From positions 3,478 to 67,477 of the forward strand of contig MNTB01000034.1 of the NCBI GenBank assembly GCA_001916775.1: a stretch of DNA of 64,000 bases, read 5' to 3'. Below, piece by piece: positions 19,143-28,552 of the stretch. The first letter of the stretch is position 1. Each line of letters begins with the position of its first letter. A program made the translations under genes and the position numbers. The notes under the pieces were generated by a model. That model was not told where the DNA came from. It searched no databases and saw only the letters and a list, made by a program, of their open reading frames with translations. This DNA comes from Firmicutes bacterium CAG:321_26_22. Its GTDB lineage: Bacteria > Bacillota_I > Bacilli_A > RF39 > UBA660.

Positions 19143-19435
19143 ATTATCACCATAATAATCATACCATATGTAAGCGTAAAAGTAAATGCTTTTGGAAGCA
19201 AAAAAGGAAAAATCTAACTCACAAATTAATTCACGAGAGTGCGATTTTTAGTTCTTCAAATAAAGAATTATTATGTTTTTCTTCTATTTCTTTTAATAAT
19301 TCTTCTGTAGTAATTTCTTTCATACAAAAAAACCTCTTTCTATTTAAAAGTACCCTTTCACAAAGTGTCTTTATTTTACCACAAAAGAAAATTTTTTACA
19401 ACAAAAAAAGAATAACACTATGTTATCCTTAATTA

Positions 19436-19687
19436 TTATTCTTCAGTTTTTTTAGAAGCTTTTGCTTTTTTAGGAGCTTTTTCCTCAGTTACTTTAGTTT
19501 CTACTACTTTTTTAGAAGTATCTGCTCCTTTATAAAATCCACATTTTGGACATGCTCTGTGAGGTCTAATTTTAGCACCACAGTTAGTACATTCTACTAG
19601 TCCGTTAGCGGTAATTTTATAATGAGTTCTTCTCATATCTCTTCTAGTTTTACTTACTTTTCTAAATGGAACTGCCATCTTCTTCAC
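19436..19687 (-). CDS. rpmF: 50S ribosomal protein L32 (with C-terminal K/E-rich extension)
   Basis: MAVPFRKVSKTRRDMRRTHYKI...CTNCGAKIRPHRACPKCGFY: L32 signature with a zinc-ribbon. Confidence 0.85.
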   Translation of the reverse strand: MKKMAVPFRKVSKTRRDMRRTHYKITANGLVECTNCGAKIRPHRACPKCGFYKGADTSKKVVETKVTEEKAPKKAKASKKTEE

Positions 19688-19694
19688 TCCTTCC

Positions 19695-20153
19695 CTATAA
19701 TAGATCTTTTAAACTACTTAGTGGATTATTCTCTAATTTAACATCATCTTCACTAATTAGTCTCCAACCATCACCCTCAAGTGTTAAATCTTTATTTTTA
19801 TCATTAACACACTTAAGAGGAATTTCCACAAGAATATTTTGCCATAAATCTTCCGTAATATCAATAGTTTTTTGAAAATTTATTCTTGTTTCATCTATTT
19901 TTTCATCAATACTACTAGTAAAATTATATTCATAGTCCTCTAATGTTATATCATCAGGTAATATCATTGTACCACTAAGAGTACCAGATAATTCATAAGT
20001 ATCATCTATTAACCTATCTAGATATCCATTAAAATGGACATTATTTAATCTTCTAATTGTACTAGTTTTTAATAGTTCGTCATTAATAACAACATCATTA
20101 TCAATAATAATCTTTTTATTATTAACAACAAGATTAAATAATTCAATTACCAT
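19695..20153 (-). CDS. YceD/DUF177 family protein (23S rRNA accumulation protein)
   Basis: 152 aa, acidic, immediately upstream of rpmF as in the conserved yceD-rpmF arrangement. Confidence 0.65.
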   Translation of the reverse strand: MVIELFNLVVNNKKIIIDNDVVINDELLKTSTIRRLNNVHFNGYLDRLIDDTYELSGTLSGTMILPDDITLEDYEYNFTSSIDEKIDETRINFQKTIDITEDLWQNILVEIPLKCVNDKNKDLTLEGDGWRLISEDDVKLENNPLSSLKDLL

Positions 20154-20188
20154 AAAATTTCACCTGCCTAATAATTATATAATATTTT

Positions 20189-21064
20189 TTACAAAATATC
20201 AACCTTTTTCTTGATTTTTCCTTTTTTTATAACGATATTATCTATACTCATGGGATAAACAAAGTTAAAATATCTAAATATTCCTGATGTTTTAGATAGT
20301 TTAGTAATACCTCCACTTATAATTAAATGTGTATTATTTATATCTTTTACTCCTCTAGTATTATCTGCAAATAATCTATTATCCGGAGACATTAGTCCTC
20401 TATTTCCTTTAATAATTTTATCAAGATAATATGGCATCATTCCATTATGCATATGACCGCAAAAGATAAAATTAAAATTTTCAAGTTCATTACTAACATC
20501 TTTATTACTTATGTTAATAGGAGAATGACAAAGTACAATCTTTATTTTATTACTATCCATATTATTAAATAATATTTTATCTTCTTTAATTCTATCTAAT
20601 AATAATTCTCTGGATTCATGTTTATTCTTGTAGTAGTAGTCATAATCTTGTTCTAATAAATATACTATAATTTTATCATCTTCATAATAATTATTATATC
20701 TAGATAAATATATTCCATCTATTTTTGATACTTCTAACCAAAATTCATTATTATCATCTTTTGCCTTTTTATGCTTATTTCTAATGGCTAAATCATGATT
20801 ACCTAGAGTTATAAATACTTTACTTTTTTTACTTACCTTTTCTAAGAATTTTATTAATTTATCTCTCTTATCTATATTATTTACTACATCAGTACTATCT
20901 AATAGATCTCCTGCTATAAAGATATACTCACTATTTTTTAATTTGTTATATATTAAGTCTAGCTTTTTATCATTAAATTTATCTGAAAAATGTAAGTCTC
21001 CAAATAACATCATATTTATATCTTCATTACCCATATTATAATAGTGTTTCTTTATATCTATCAT
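20189..21064 (-). CDS. metallophosphoesterase (calcineurin-like phosphoesterase)
   Basis: Motifs GDLHFS, GDLLD, GNHD, GHMHNG. Confidence 0.75.
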   Translation of the reverse strand: MIDIKKHYYNMGNEDINMMLFGDLHFSDKFNDKKLDLIYNKLKNSEYIFIAGDLLDSTDVVNNIDKRDKLIKFLEKVSKKSKVFITLGNHDLAIRNKHKKAKDDNNEFWLEVSKIDGIYLSRYNNYYEDDKIIVYLLEQDYDYYYKNKHESRELLLDRIKEDKILFNNMDSNKIKIVLCHSPINISNKDVSNELENFNFIFCGHMHNGMMPYYLDKIIKGNRGLMSPDNRLFADNTRGVKDINNTHLIISGGITKLSKTSGIFRYFNFVYPMSIDNIVIKKGKIKKKVDIL

Positions 21065-21091
21065 TTTACCCCTCTAAAAGAAAGATAGTAA

Positions 21092-23323
21092 TTATTCATC
21101 ACTATCATTACTTACTTCTTTCTTTATTAATACTTCTCTTGGTTTAGAACCGTTTTGTGGACCAATAATACCTCTTTCTTCTAGTAAATCTACTATTCTA
21201 GCAGCTCTATTATATCCAATACGATATTTTCTTTGAATAAGAGAAGCGGATATTTTACCAAATTCCATAGCAAAATCTACAATATCATTATATAGTGGAT
21301 CATCATATTCTTCTTTTGATTCATAACCATCATCATACTTAGTATTATCACCATTCTCACTACCACTCTTATCTTCTGTAAGTGAGTGATCATAATTAGC
21401 TTTTTGTTGTGATATTGTATAATCTACTATTTTTTGAAGTTCTTCATCACTTACAAAAGCACCTTGTATTCTAATAGGAACATTCTCACCCATTGGTTTA
21501 AATAACATATCACCTTTACCAAGTAGTTTTTCTGCTCCAGTTTGGTCTAATATTGTTCTAGAATCTATTGATGATGATACAGCAAATGATATTCTAGATG
21601 GAATATTAGCCTTAACAACACCAGTAATAACATCAGTAGAAGGTCTCTGTGTTGCTACGATTAAGTGAATACCAGCTGCTCTAGCCATTTGCGTAATTCT
21701 CATAATTGAATCTTCAACATCTTTAGCGGCTACTAACATAAGATCTGCTAACTCATCAATAATAAATACTATATATGGCATCTTAACATAATCTGTATTA
21801 GTTTCACACATTTTATTATATGCTGTAATGTTTTTACACTTAGTATCTTCAAATACTTGGTATCTTCTTTCCATTTCTACAACAATATTTTTTAAAGCAA
21901 TAGAAGCTTTCTTAGGATCAGTAACAACTGGTGTAAGTAAGTGTGGAACTCCATTATACATTGATAATTCAACCTTTTTAGGGTCAACCATTACTAATTT
22001 TACTTCATCTGGTCTAGCTCTCATAAGAATAGAAGCTATAACGCAGTTAATACATACTGATTTACCACTACCAGTAGCACCTGCTATTAAAAGGTGTGGT
22101 GTTGCATTAATTTCAGCCCATTTAACTGTACCCATGATATCTTTTCCAAGTCCAACCGCAAGAATAGTCTTATCACTAGGAGCAGGTAATTTAGATAATA
22201 TTTCCCTAAATGAAACAGCAGAGTTTACTTTATTAGGAAGTTCTATACCAATAGTACTCTTTCCTGGAATAGGAGCCTGTATTCTAACATCTTTAGCGGC
22301 CAAATTAAGAGCTATTTCTTTCTGAATAGAAAGAAGTTTATTAACTTTAGTACCAGCTTTTAATTCAAGTTCATATTGTGTAACTGATGGTCCAATATGA
22401 CATTCTTTAATCTTACCTGGAATATCAAAATCTGCTAATACTTTTTCTAAAGTTGCAATATTTTGTTTAACTGCTTCAATATTTTCTTTGTCATTACCAG
22501 CTTTAGCTACTTTAAGTAAACTAAGAGGTGGAAGTTTATAATTTAAATTAATTTCCGGTTTTTCCATTACATTATTACCTTCATTACTACTAGTCATTTC
22601 AGTAGCGGATTTTATTGGAATGTCTGGTTCACTAACTACTTCTTTATCACTAACTTTATCTATGTCTTTAGAAGACAATATAATTCTTTTATCTTCTTCT
22701 TCACTATGTTCTTTTTCTTTCTTTTCATGTTTAATCTTAGGTACTTTAATTTTCTTAATTAAATCTATAATACTAGTATTAAATAATAATATTGTACCAA
22801 TAACTATTAAAGTAATAACTACTATCTTAGTACCATCTCTAAATAAACTATAGAATAAATAAGTAAATAAAGCTCCTATCATACCTCCACCACTATTAGA
22901 GATATAATAACTAAAGCTATCTACTAATCCTTTATTTGAAGAAGCATCAAATGCTTTTAATAAATTATCAAAAGTATCTGTAATAATTTTTACTCCTTCT
23001 TGACTATTTAATGTTATATATTTTATATGTAATAATACTAAGAATGAAATAACTATTATATAAAAACCTATCCATCTTAAACTACTAAAATTAGGCATCT
23101 TTCTTTTTAATATTAGATATCCTCCAAGTAATAATAAACCCATTAATAAAAATATATAAATATTTCCTACTAAAAAGATAGCAAATGCTCTAATAAAATT
23201 ACCCGCAGGTCCATATGCTCCAATACCTATAATTGAAGCTAATATTAATATAATACCTATTACTTCATTACTATATTCAAATTTCTTCTTTTCATCATCT
23301 TTTTTCTTTTTTTTCTTAGCCAT
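21092..23323 (-). CDS. ftsK: DNA translocase FtsK/SpoIIIE
   Basis: N-terminal TM domain, Walker A AGATGSGKS and a C-terminal gamma winged-helix; 743 aa. Confidence 0.9.
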   Translation of the reverse strand: MAKKKKKKDDEKKKFEYSNEVIGIILILASIIGIGAYGPAGNFIRAFAIFLVGNIYIFLLMGLLLLGGYLILKRKMPNFSSLRWIGFYIIVISFLVLLHIKYITLNSQEGVKIITDTFDNLLKAFDASSNKGLVDSFSYYISNSGGGMIGALFTYLFYSLFRDGTKIVVITLIVIGTILLFNTSIIDLIKKIKVPKIKHEKKEKEHSEEEDKRIILSSKDIDKVSDKEVVSEPDIPIKSATEMTSSNEGNNVMEKPEINLNYKLPPLSLLKVAKAGNDKENIEAVKQNIATLEKVLADFDIPGKIKECHIGPSVTQYELELKAGTKVNKLLSIQKEIALNLAAKDVRIQAPIPGKSTIGIELPNKVNSAVSFREILSKLPAPSDKTILAVGLGKDIMGTVKWAEINATPHLLIAGATGSGKSVCINCVIASILMRARPDEVKLVMVDPKKVELSMYNGVPHLLTPVVTDPKKASIALKNIVVEMERRYQVFEDTKCKNITAYNKMCETNTDYVKMPYIVFIIDELADLMLVAAKDVEDSIMRITQMARAAGIHLIVATQRPSTDVITGVVKANIPSRISFAVSSSIDSRTILDQTGAEKLLGKGDMLFKPMGENVPIRIQGAFVSDEELQKIVDYTISQQKANYDHSLTEDKSGSENGDNTKYDDGYESKEEYDDPLYNDIVDFAMEFGKISASLIQRKYRIGYNRAARIVDLLEERGIIGPQNGSKPREVLIKKEVSNDSDE

Positions 23324-23409
23324 CTTATCAATCCTCTACTCGTATTAATTATAACATTTCTAGATATAAAAGTAAATGTTTTATAGTTATTTTTATTTTT
23401 TATTATTGC

Positions 23410-23490
23410 CATTAAAGCCTATATATAATAGTCTTTAATGGTTATGAATAGCCTGTAGTCTATTCATAATAAACTATCATATTTGAGGTG
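23410..23490. repeat. dispersed intergenic element (AAAGCCTATATATAATAGTC + GAATAGCCTGTAGTCTATTC + AAACTATCATAT)
   Basis: Shares ATAATAGTC/TAGGCT and CTATCATAT modules with other copies. The GTAGTCTATTCATA module is also present in the cysS leader (9270-9290). Confidence 0.55.
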
Positions 23491-23565
23491 AAGTACTTTC
23501 TAACTATTAAATAACAATATAAAAAGAGCTTTTAGCTCTTTTTAGGAATAATAGCAGTCTGTTAA

Positions 23566-23964
23566 CTATATTAAATTTAATTCTTTTTTTATACTATCCT
23601 GCAATAACTTAGAAAAATTAATACCTTTAGTATCTGCTAGATTTTTTAACCATTCTGGCATTGTTACAGTTGTGTTAACTGTTTTTGAAGAAATTCTCTT
23701 TTCATGTTCAATTGGATCTAATTCAACCATAGTAATAAATTCATTATCTTTTACTTTTATTTTCATATAATCATAAGTTGGTTCTGGAAGATTATCTTTA
23801 TATTCTGGTAACATAGCATATAAAGCATCTTGTGCCATATAATATGCATCATTAAAACCGATACCATAAGTAAATATATTATCAAAATCAATAAATTTTA
23901 CATTATAGGCATCTCCTTCTTTAGAAAATATTGCAGGATAAAAATATTTTTTCATAATTATCAA
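23566..23964 (-). CDS. hicB: HicB-family antitoxin (UPF0150)
   Basis: N-terminus YPAIFSKEGDAYNVKFIDFDNIFTYG (HicB RNase-H-like fold signature). Directly downstream of hicA. Confidence 0.7.
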   Translation of the reverse strand: MIIMKKYFYPAIFSKEGDAYNVKFIDFDNIFTYGIGFNDAYYMAQDALYAMLPEYKDNLPEPTYDYMKIKVKDNEFITMVELDPIEHEKRISSKTVNTTVTMPEWLKNLADTKGINFSKLLQDSIKKELNLI

Positions 23965-23999
23965 ACAACAATCGTAAATAATAGTTTCGAAGACAGAAA

Positions 24000-24185
24000 C
24001 TAAAGCTTAATCCCTGTACTTCTAACTATTTGTGATAAAGTACCTTTAGGAATATCTCCTTTGTGATTAGGAACTATGCAAACTTTGTTAACCTTTTTAA
24101 ACTTCATGTGTGAACCTTTTTGACTAACCAGAACCCAACCATCATTTTCGAGTGCCTTTATCACTTTTTTAACAACTGTCATCAT
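24000..24185 (-). CDS. hicA: HicA-family toxin (mRNA interferase)
   Basis: 61 aa with GSHMKF...VPNHKGDIPKGTLSQIVRSTGI, the HicA dsRBD-like signature with the conserved His. Confidence 0.75.
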   Translation of the reverse strand: MMTVVKKVIKALENDGWVLVSQKGSHMKFKKVNKVCIVPNHKGDIPKGTLSQIVRSTGIKL

Positions 24186-24201
24186 TCCTCCTTTCTAATA
24201 A

Positions 24202-24237
24202 ATTATATCACTTTTTGTGACAAGTGTCAACACTTGT
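24202..24237 (-). promoter_or_regulatory. hicAB promoter (TTGACA-17-TATAAT) overlapped by a 7-bp inverted repeat ACAAGTG-N4-CACTTGT (candidate HicB operator)
   Basis: rc of 24225-24230 is TTGACA and rc of 24202-24207 is TATAAT. Palindrome 24220-24237 spans the -35 element. Confidence 0.45.
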
Positions 24238-24310
24238 TATATTGTATGCTAAATTTAAAAAAATATACTAAAATATAGACAGTATCTAATATTTATAGTA
24301 TAATTATAAA

Positions 24311-24423
24311 GAAATCAAAAGTATTTTTTTGTTACGAGTCTGCCATATGTATAAGATGGTTAGGACTCGACCCGTGTTGGGGCTAGGCCCCGCTTAGAAG
24401 AGCAACCTTATGGTTGTTTTTTT
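24311..24423 (+). ncRNA. candidate small structured RNA (unclassified), GC-rich, with intrinsic terminator
   Basis: Locally GC-rich stretch in an AT-rich genome with nested hairpins CGAGUC..GACUCG, CCAU..AUGG, GGGGC-UAGG-CCCC(GC), and terminator GCAACC-UUAU-GGUUG-U7. Possible -10 TATAAT at 24299-24304. No protein-coding potential. Confidence 0.3.
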
Positions 24424-24445
24424 AATCATTATACTAAAAAGAAAA

Positions 24446-25858
24446 CTATTTATTATAGTCTTCTTTAGTCTTCTCTACAATTTCTTTTAAATATTTACTA
24501 GTATAAGTACAACCACTAATAGTATCTAGATTATCTAGATTATTTTGATTATTAATAATTTTATTTAAATAATCATTACTATATATCATATTAGTATAAG
24601 TTTCATGACTACTAATTACTTCAATATTAGAAATATTATTATTAGTAAAGATAATCTTTAATTTTATACTACCTTTACCAGCATATCCCATACCTTTAAC
24701 TTTATATGTAGTAGTAGTCCCATTCTTAACCTTAGATAATATTTCATAAGTATCATCTAATGGCTTAGTAATTATATTCTTACCTATTACAAAAGAAGAT
24801 ATAATACATAGAAGAATAAAACCAATTAATATAATATTACTTATATTCTTTTTATCATATAATTTAACACTTAATTTATTAATAAATATAGTAATAATAT
24901 TAACTATAAGTATCGATATAAGTACTCCTTCTGGTAAAGGTGTTAAATATCTAATACCCATAGTAATAATACCCATAAGTATACCACTTATTACTTGTCC
25001 TCTTCTTGTAATAGGAGTAGTTACTGGATCAGTAGCCATAAATACTGCTCCAAAAAGTAAGCCACCACTAAGTATATTAAATAGAATAAACCATATACCT
25101 ATACCTTTAGTTAAACAAATAATAATACTAATAATAGTTACACTACCAATATAACTAGTAGGTATTCTCCATTTAATTATTTTTTTATAAGTCAAATATA
25201 TAAAAGCAATAATACAAAGTAAACTACAAGTCTCTCCAATAGCTCCTGGTATATTACCAAATAAAAAGTTAAATAAACTACCATATGGTTTAACTAAATT
25301 ATCATAAGTAACTAAGTATCCACTAGCGGTCATATTAGTAAGAGGAGTAGCACTACTTACTACATCTACTTCATAAGGATTAAGATAACCACCAGTTAGT
25401 GATGAAAAGATAACTGTAATAAATAAACTACCTACTAAAGCAGGATTTAATTTATTTTTACCTAAACCTCCCATTAATACTTTAGATAAACTAGCTATAA
25501 TACTTCCTATTATTACTAACCATATAGGAGTATTAATAGGAATAATAAGTGATAAAAATACCCCAGGTATAATAGCATAACTTTCACTAAATAACTTATA
25601 AAAACTTCTTTTATCCTTCTTAATATAATAATATAAATATTCAGTAACAATACAAAATAAACTAGCTACTGAAGCAAATATAAGTGGTTTAAATACTAAA
25701 TATAAATTACCATAACCTTTTATAATTGGATAAATACCATTCTTATATGTAGAAAATATAATAAATGGAATTAAAACAACTAATATAGTATACATCATAT
25801 TAGAAGTACTATTACTACTCTTTAGAAAGTTACCACTTCTTACTTTAAATTCTTTCAT
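24446..25858 (-). CDS. rnfDG: RnfD-RnfG fusion protein (Rnf/Nqr-type membrane subunit D fused to FMN-binding domain)
   Basis: RnfD motifs GGLGKNKLNPALVGS, FMATDPVTTP, PEGVLISILIVN. C-terminal FMN_bind-like LDTISGCTYTS. Start overlaps the rnfC stop. Confidence 0.7.
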   Translation of the reverse strand: MKEFKVRSGNFLKSSNSTSNMMYTILVVLIPFIIFSTYKNGIYPIIKGYGNLYLVFKPLIFASVASLFCIVTEYLYYYIKKDKRSFYKLFSESYAIIPGVFLSLIIPINTPIWLVIIGSIIASLSKVLMGGLGKNKLNPALVGSLFITVIFSSLTGGYLNPYEVDVVSSATPLTNMTASGYLVTYDNLVKPYGSLFNFLFGNIPGAIGETCSLLCIIAFIYLTYKKIIKWRIPTSYIGSVTIISIIICLTKGIGIWFILFNILSGGLLFGAVFMATDPVTTPITRRGQVISGILMGIITMGIRYLTPLPEGVLISILIVNIITIFINKLSVKLYDKKNISNIILIGFILLCIISSFVIGKNIITKPLDDTYEILSKVKNGTTTTYKVKGMGYAGKGSIKLKIIFTNNNISNIEVISSHETYTNMIYSNDYLNKIINNQNNLDNLDTISGCTYTSKYLKEIVEKTKEDYNK

Positions 25859-27114
25859 TTATGATTCACCTTCTCTTTAGCAATATTAACAAATTCTCTA
25901 ACTTCTATTTTAGAAGGACAAATATAACTACATAATGAGCATCCTATACATTTGTTACATTTAAGTTTCTTTAAATTATCTATATTATCAATATTTTCCA
26001 TAATAAGTACTGGCATAATATTAGCAGGACATACCATCGTACATTTACCACATTTAATACAAGGTAAATTTTTTTCAAAATGATCTTCCATTATAATAAT
26101 AGAAGTAACATCTTTAGTAATAACAACATCATCACAAGGCATACTCTTACCCATCATTGGTCCTCCAACAATAAAGAGAGGATTCTTTATATTTTTATAT
26201 CCATCTAAATTACTAATAATATCACTAGCTAAAGCTCCTATTTTAACTTTAACATTTTTCTTTTTCTTAATACCAGGACCAGTTATAGTAATAACTCTCT
26301 CAGTAAGAGGTCTATTATATTTAAACATTTCATATATAGCATATATAGTAGAAACATTATTAACAATAATACCTTTTTCACTAGGATATTTATCATATTC
26401 TATACCAAGAGTATTTCTAACTACTAGTCTTTCCCAACCATTAGGAAAAGCATCCTCTACTAATCTTAAACTAATATTAGGATAAGTCTTAATATATTTA
26501 TTAAACATTCTAATTGATTTAATATCATTACTTTTAACAGCTATAATAGCTCTAGGTATCTTTACTATTTCTAATATATTATCAATAGCCTCTAATATAG
26601 AATCAGCATAATTAGCCATAACTGCTTTATCACAAGAAACAAATGGTTCACATTCTACACCATTAACAATTAAACATCTAATATTATCCATACTATACTT
26701 TAAAAAAGTAGGATAATCAGCTCCTCCAAGTCCTGATATACCATTATCTCTTAAATCATTAATAAATGTTTCTTTTGTATAACTATTGATATCTTTACTT
26801 TTTAATTTACTTTTCTCATATTTTTCTTTGAAATCATTTTCGACAACAATACATTTTATTTTCTTACCATTACTAATCATTTTATTAGTACCACAAATGG
26901 CATAACCGGATACTGAACTATGTACTGGGAAATTGTTATCTTTATTGATGGCTACAGTCATTCCTTTATAGATGTAGTCTCCCTCTTTTACTAGATACTT
27001 ATATGTTGTACCACTTTTATTTTCTAGTGGTATATAAACAAGTTCTGGTTTAGTATATAATTCTATATTATAATCTATTTTATCATTACTACTAATTCTT
27101 ACTGGTTTATTCAT
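25855..27114 (-). CDS. rnfC: RnfC-like electron transport complex subunit C (SLBB + 2x[4Fe-4S] ferredoxin domains)
   Basis: GISGLGGADYPTFLK (GxGGAxFP-type nucleotide-binding motif) and two CxxCxxCxxxCP clusters (CIKCGKCTMVCP; CNKCIGCSLCSYICP). Confidence 0.75.
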   Translation of the reverse strand: MNKPVRISSNDKIDYNIELYTKPELVYIPLENKSGTTYKYLVKEGDYIYKGMTVAINKDNNFPVHSSVSGYAICGTNKMISNGKKIKCIVVENDFKEKYEKSKLKSKDINSYTKETFINDLRDNGISGLGGADYPTFLKYSMDNIRCLIVNGVECEPFVSCDKAVMANYADSILEAIDNILEIVKIPRAIIAVKSNDIKSIRMFNKYIKTYPNISLRLVEDAFPNGWERLVVRNTLGIEYDKYPSEKGIIVNNVSTIYAIYEMFKYNRPLTERVITITGPGIKKKKNVKVKIGALASDIISNLDGYKNIKNPLFIVGGPMMGKSMPCDDVVITKDVTSIIIMEDHFEKNLPCIKCGKCTMVCPANIMPVLIMENIDNIDNLKKLKCNKCIGCSLCSYICPSKIEVREFVNIAKEKVNHK

Positions 27115-27179
27115 ATCTATTCTCCTCTATAATAATAATATAACATAAAATTATAAAAAAATAAATATATTTTATTTTC

Positions 27180-27262
27180 TTTCATGAAATGCCAAGGTCA
27201 TTTCATGTCTTCTCTAGCCTTATGTTAAGTCTACAGAAGATGTCTCAGTAGACCTATCATAT
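27180..27262. repeat. dispersed intergenic element (CATGAAATG hairpin + CTAGCCTTATGTTAAGTCTAC + GACCTATCATAT), copy 2 of 3
   Basis: ttcatgaaatgccaaggtcatttcatgtc..ctagccttatgttaagtcta..gtagacctatcatat. Confidence 0.6.
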
Positions 27263-27312
27263 ATAAGTTAAAGAGCAAAATGAAAAGAACTAGTTCAAAT
27301 AAACTAATTCTT

Positions 27313-28458
27313 TTATCTAAAAAATGATAAGTATATAATAAATCCAAAATATATAAGAGATAATACAATACCATTTATTTTATTATTATTGTTAGATTTA
27401 TCAGGTACTCCAACTGCCATGGCTACTAATAGGCCTCCTACTAGGCCACCTATATGAGCTGAATTATCTATACCGCTATCTAAGAAACCAACAATTAGGT
27501 TTATTGCTATAACAGGAATTATTGATCTTGTTAATGTTGCTCCTAGATATGGTCTATAGTAATATCCAAAATATAGAAGGGCTCCAAGTAATCCAAATAT
27601 AGCACCAGAAGCTCCAGCACATATGGTGTTGTGATTAAATGCTAATGATAATATGCTTCCTGCTATACCACTTAATATATATATTACTAAGTATTTCCAT
27701 TTACCAAAAACATTTTCTACTTCTTTACCAATTATATATAGTGAATACATATTACATAATAAATGCATAATTCCTATATGTAAAAACATTGAAGTTAATA
27801 GTTTATAATAATCTCCATTTTTTGTTAATGCATCTAAGTTTGCTCCAAATAGGAGTAATGTATAGTTATCAGTAGAGCCATTACCTAGTACATACATTAA
27901 TATAAATACTAATACGCATATAAATATTATACTATAAGTAATAATTGGTTTTTTAAAAGAGAATATTTTTTCTGCTATTTTGCTTTTACTTTCGTTTTGC
28001 TTATTAATATTATCTGTTACTTTTATGAAATATTCTAATCCTTCTTCGTCTCTCTTTGTTTTTTCTACTATATTAGGAAAAGCATTGGTAAGTTTAGGAT
28101 TATTTATATCTTCTTCATTATTAATCATTACATCATCATTACTAAGTAGTTTTTCATCTTCTAAATCAGTATATATATTTAATACTTTTACTTTAAAAGA
28201 TAATGTTTTCTTTTTTACTTGTTTTACAACTCTGCTTAATTTAAATTTATCAAAATCCAATTGTTCTTTATTATGAATATGATGAGATACTATTCTTACT
28301 ATTTTATATTCTTCATTTAAATTTTCTAGCCATATTTCATCATTAATACCATGTATAATCATTGGATTATAGTTTTTTTCTGTAATAAAATAATTTATTA
28401 AACTCATTATTGTTAAATCATCACTTTTGAATACTATTTCTTCCATAATTACCTCCAC
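27313..28458 (-). CDS. rhomboid family intramembrane serine protease with N-terminal cytoplasmic domain
   Basis: GASGAIFGLLGALL (GxSG) and AHIGGLVGGLL (catalytic His) within a C-terminal 6-TM core. Confidence 0.8.
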   Translation of the reverse strand: MEVIMEEIVFKSDDLTIMSLINYFITEKNYNPMIIHGINDEIWLENLNEEYKIVRIVSHHIHNKEQLDFDKFKLSRVVKQVKKKTLSFKVKVLNIYTDLEDEKLLSNDDVMINNEEDINNPKLTNAFPNIVEKTKRDEEGLEYFIKVTDNINKQNESKSKIAEKIFSFKKPIITYSIIFICVLVFILMYVLGNGSTDNYTLLLFGANLDALTKNGDYYKLLTSMFLHIGIMHLLCNMYSLYIIGKEVENVFGKWKYLVIYILSGIAGSILSLAFNHNTICAGASGAIFGLLGALLYFGYYYRPYLGATLTRSIIPVIAINLIVGFLDSGIDNSAHIGGLVGGLLVAMAVGVPDKSNNNNKINGIVLSLIYFGFIIYLSFFR

Positions 28459-28552
28459 ACTATATATTATACTAAAAAAGCCAAAATAAATAAAGTATAT
28501 TTTTCACCTATAAGGTGTTTTTTTATATAATATTGTAGAGAGGAGATTTTAT

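Larger units (their letters stand above)
17560..19230 (-). mobile_element. IS200/IS605-family insertion sequence (tnpA + tnpB)
   Basis: Adjacent Y1 HuH transposase and TnpB ORFs (the tnpA stop abuts the tnpB start). Exact LE/RE ends not determined. Confidence 0.7.

Noticed and set aside
19262-19351. 30-aa ORF MKEITTEELLKEIEEKHNNSLFEELKIALS with an AGAGG RBS in the IS200/IS605 left-end region
   Set aside because: Very short, K/E-rich low complexity, and located in a transposon end where hairpins are expected. Insufficient evidence to call it a gene.
24331-24423. Tried to assign the GC-rich RNA candidate to tmRNA, SRP RNA, RNase P, 6S RNA or a tRNA
   Set aside because: None of the diagnostic motifs are present: no tRNA-like T-arm GGTTCGANTCC with acceptor CCA, no SRP domain IV GGAA/AGCAG motif, and no RNase P P4 sequences. 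It is left as an unclassified candidate.
28459-28552. Possible hairpin CACC-UAUAAG-GUG plus U-run upstream of the small Pro/Tyr-rich ORF as a terminator
   Set aside because: The stem is only 3-4 bp. More likely it is just an AT-rich promoter region (TATAAT at ~28531) for the plus-strand small gene.
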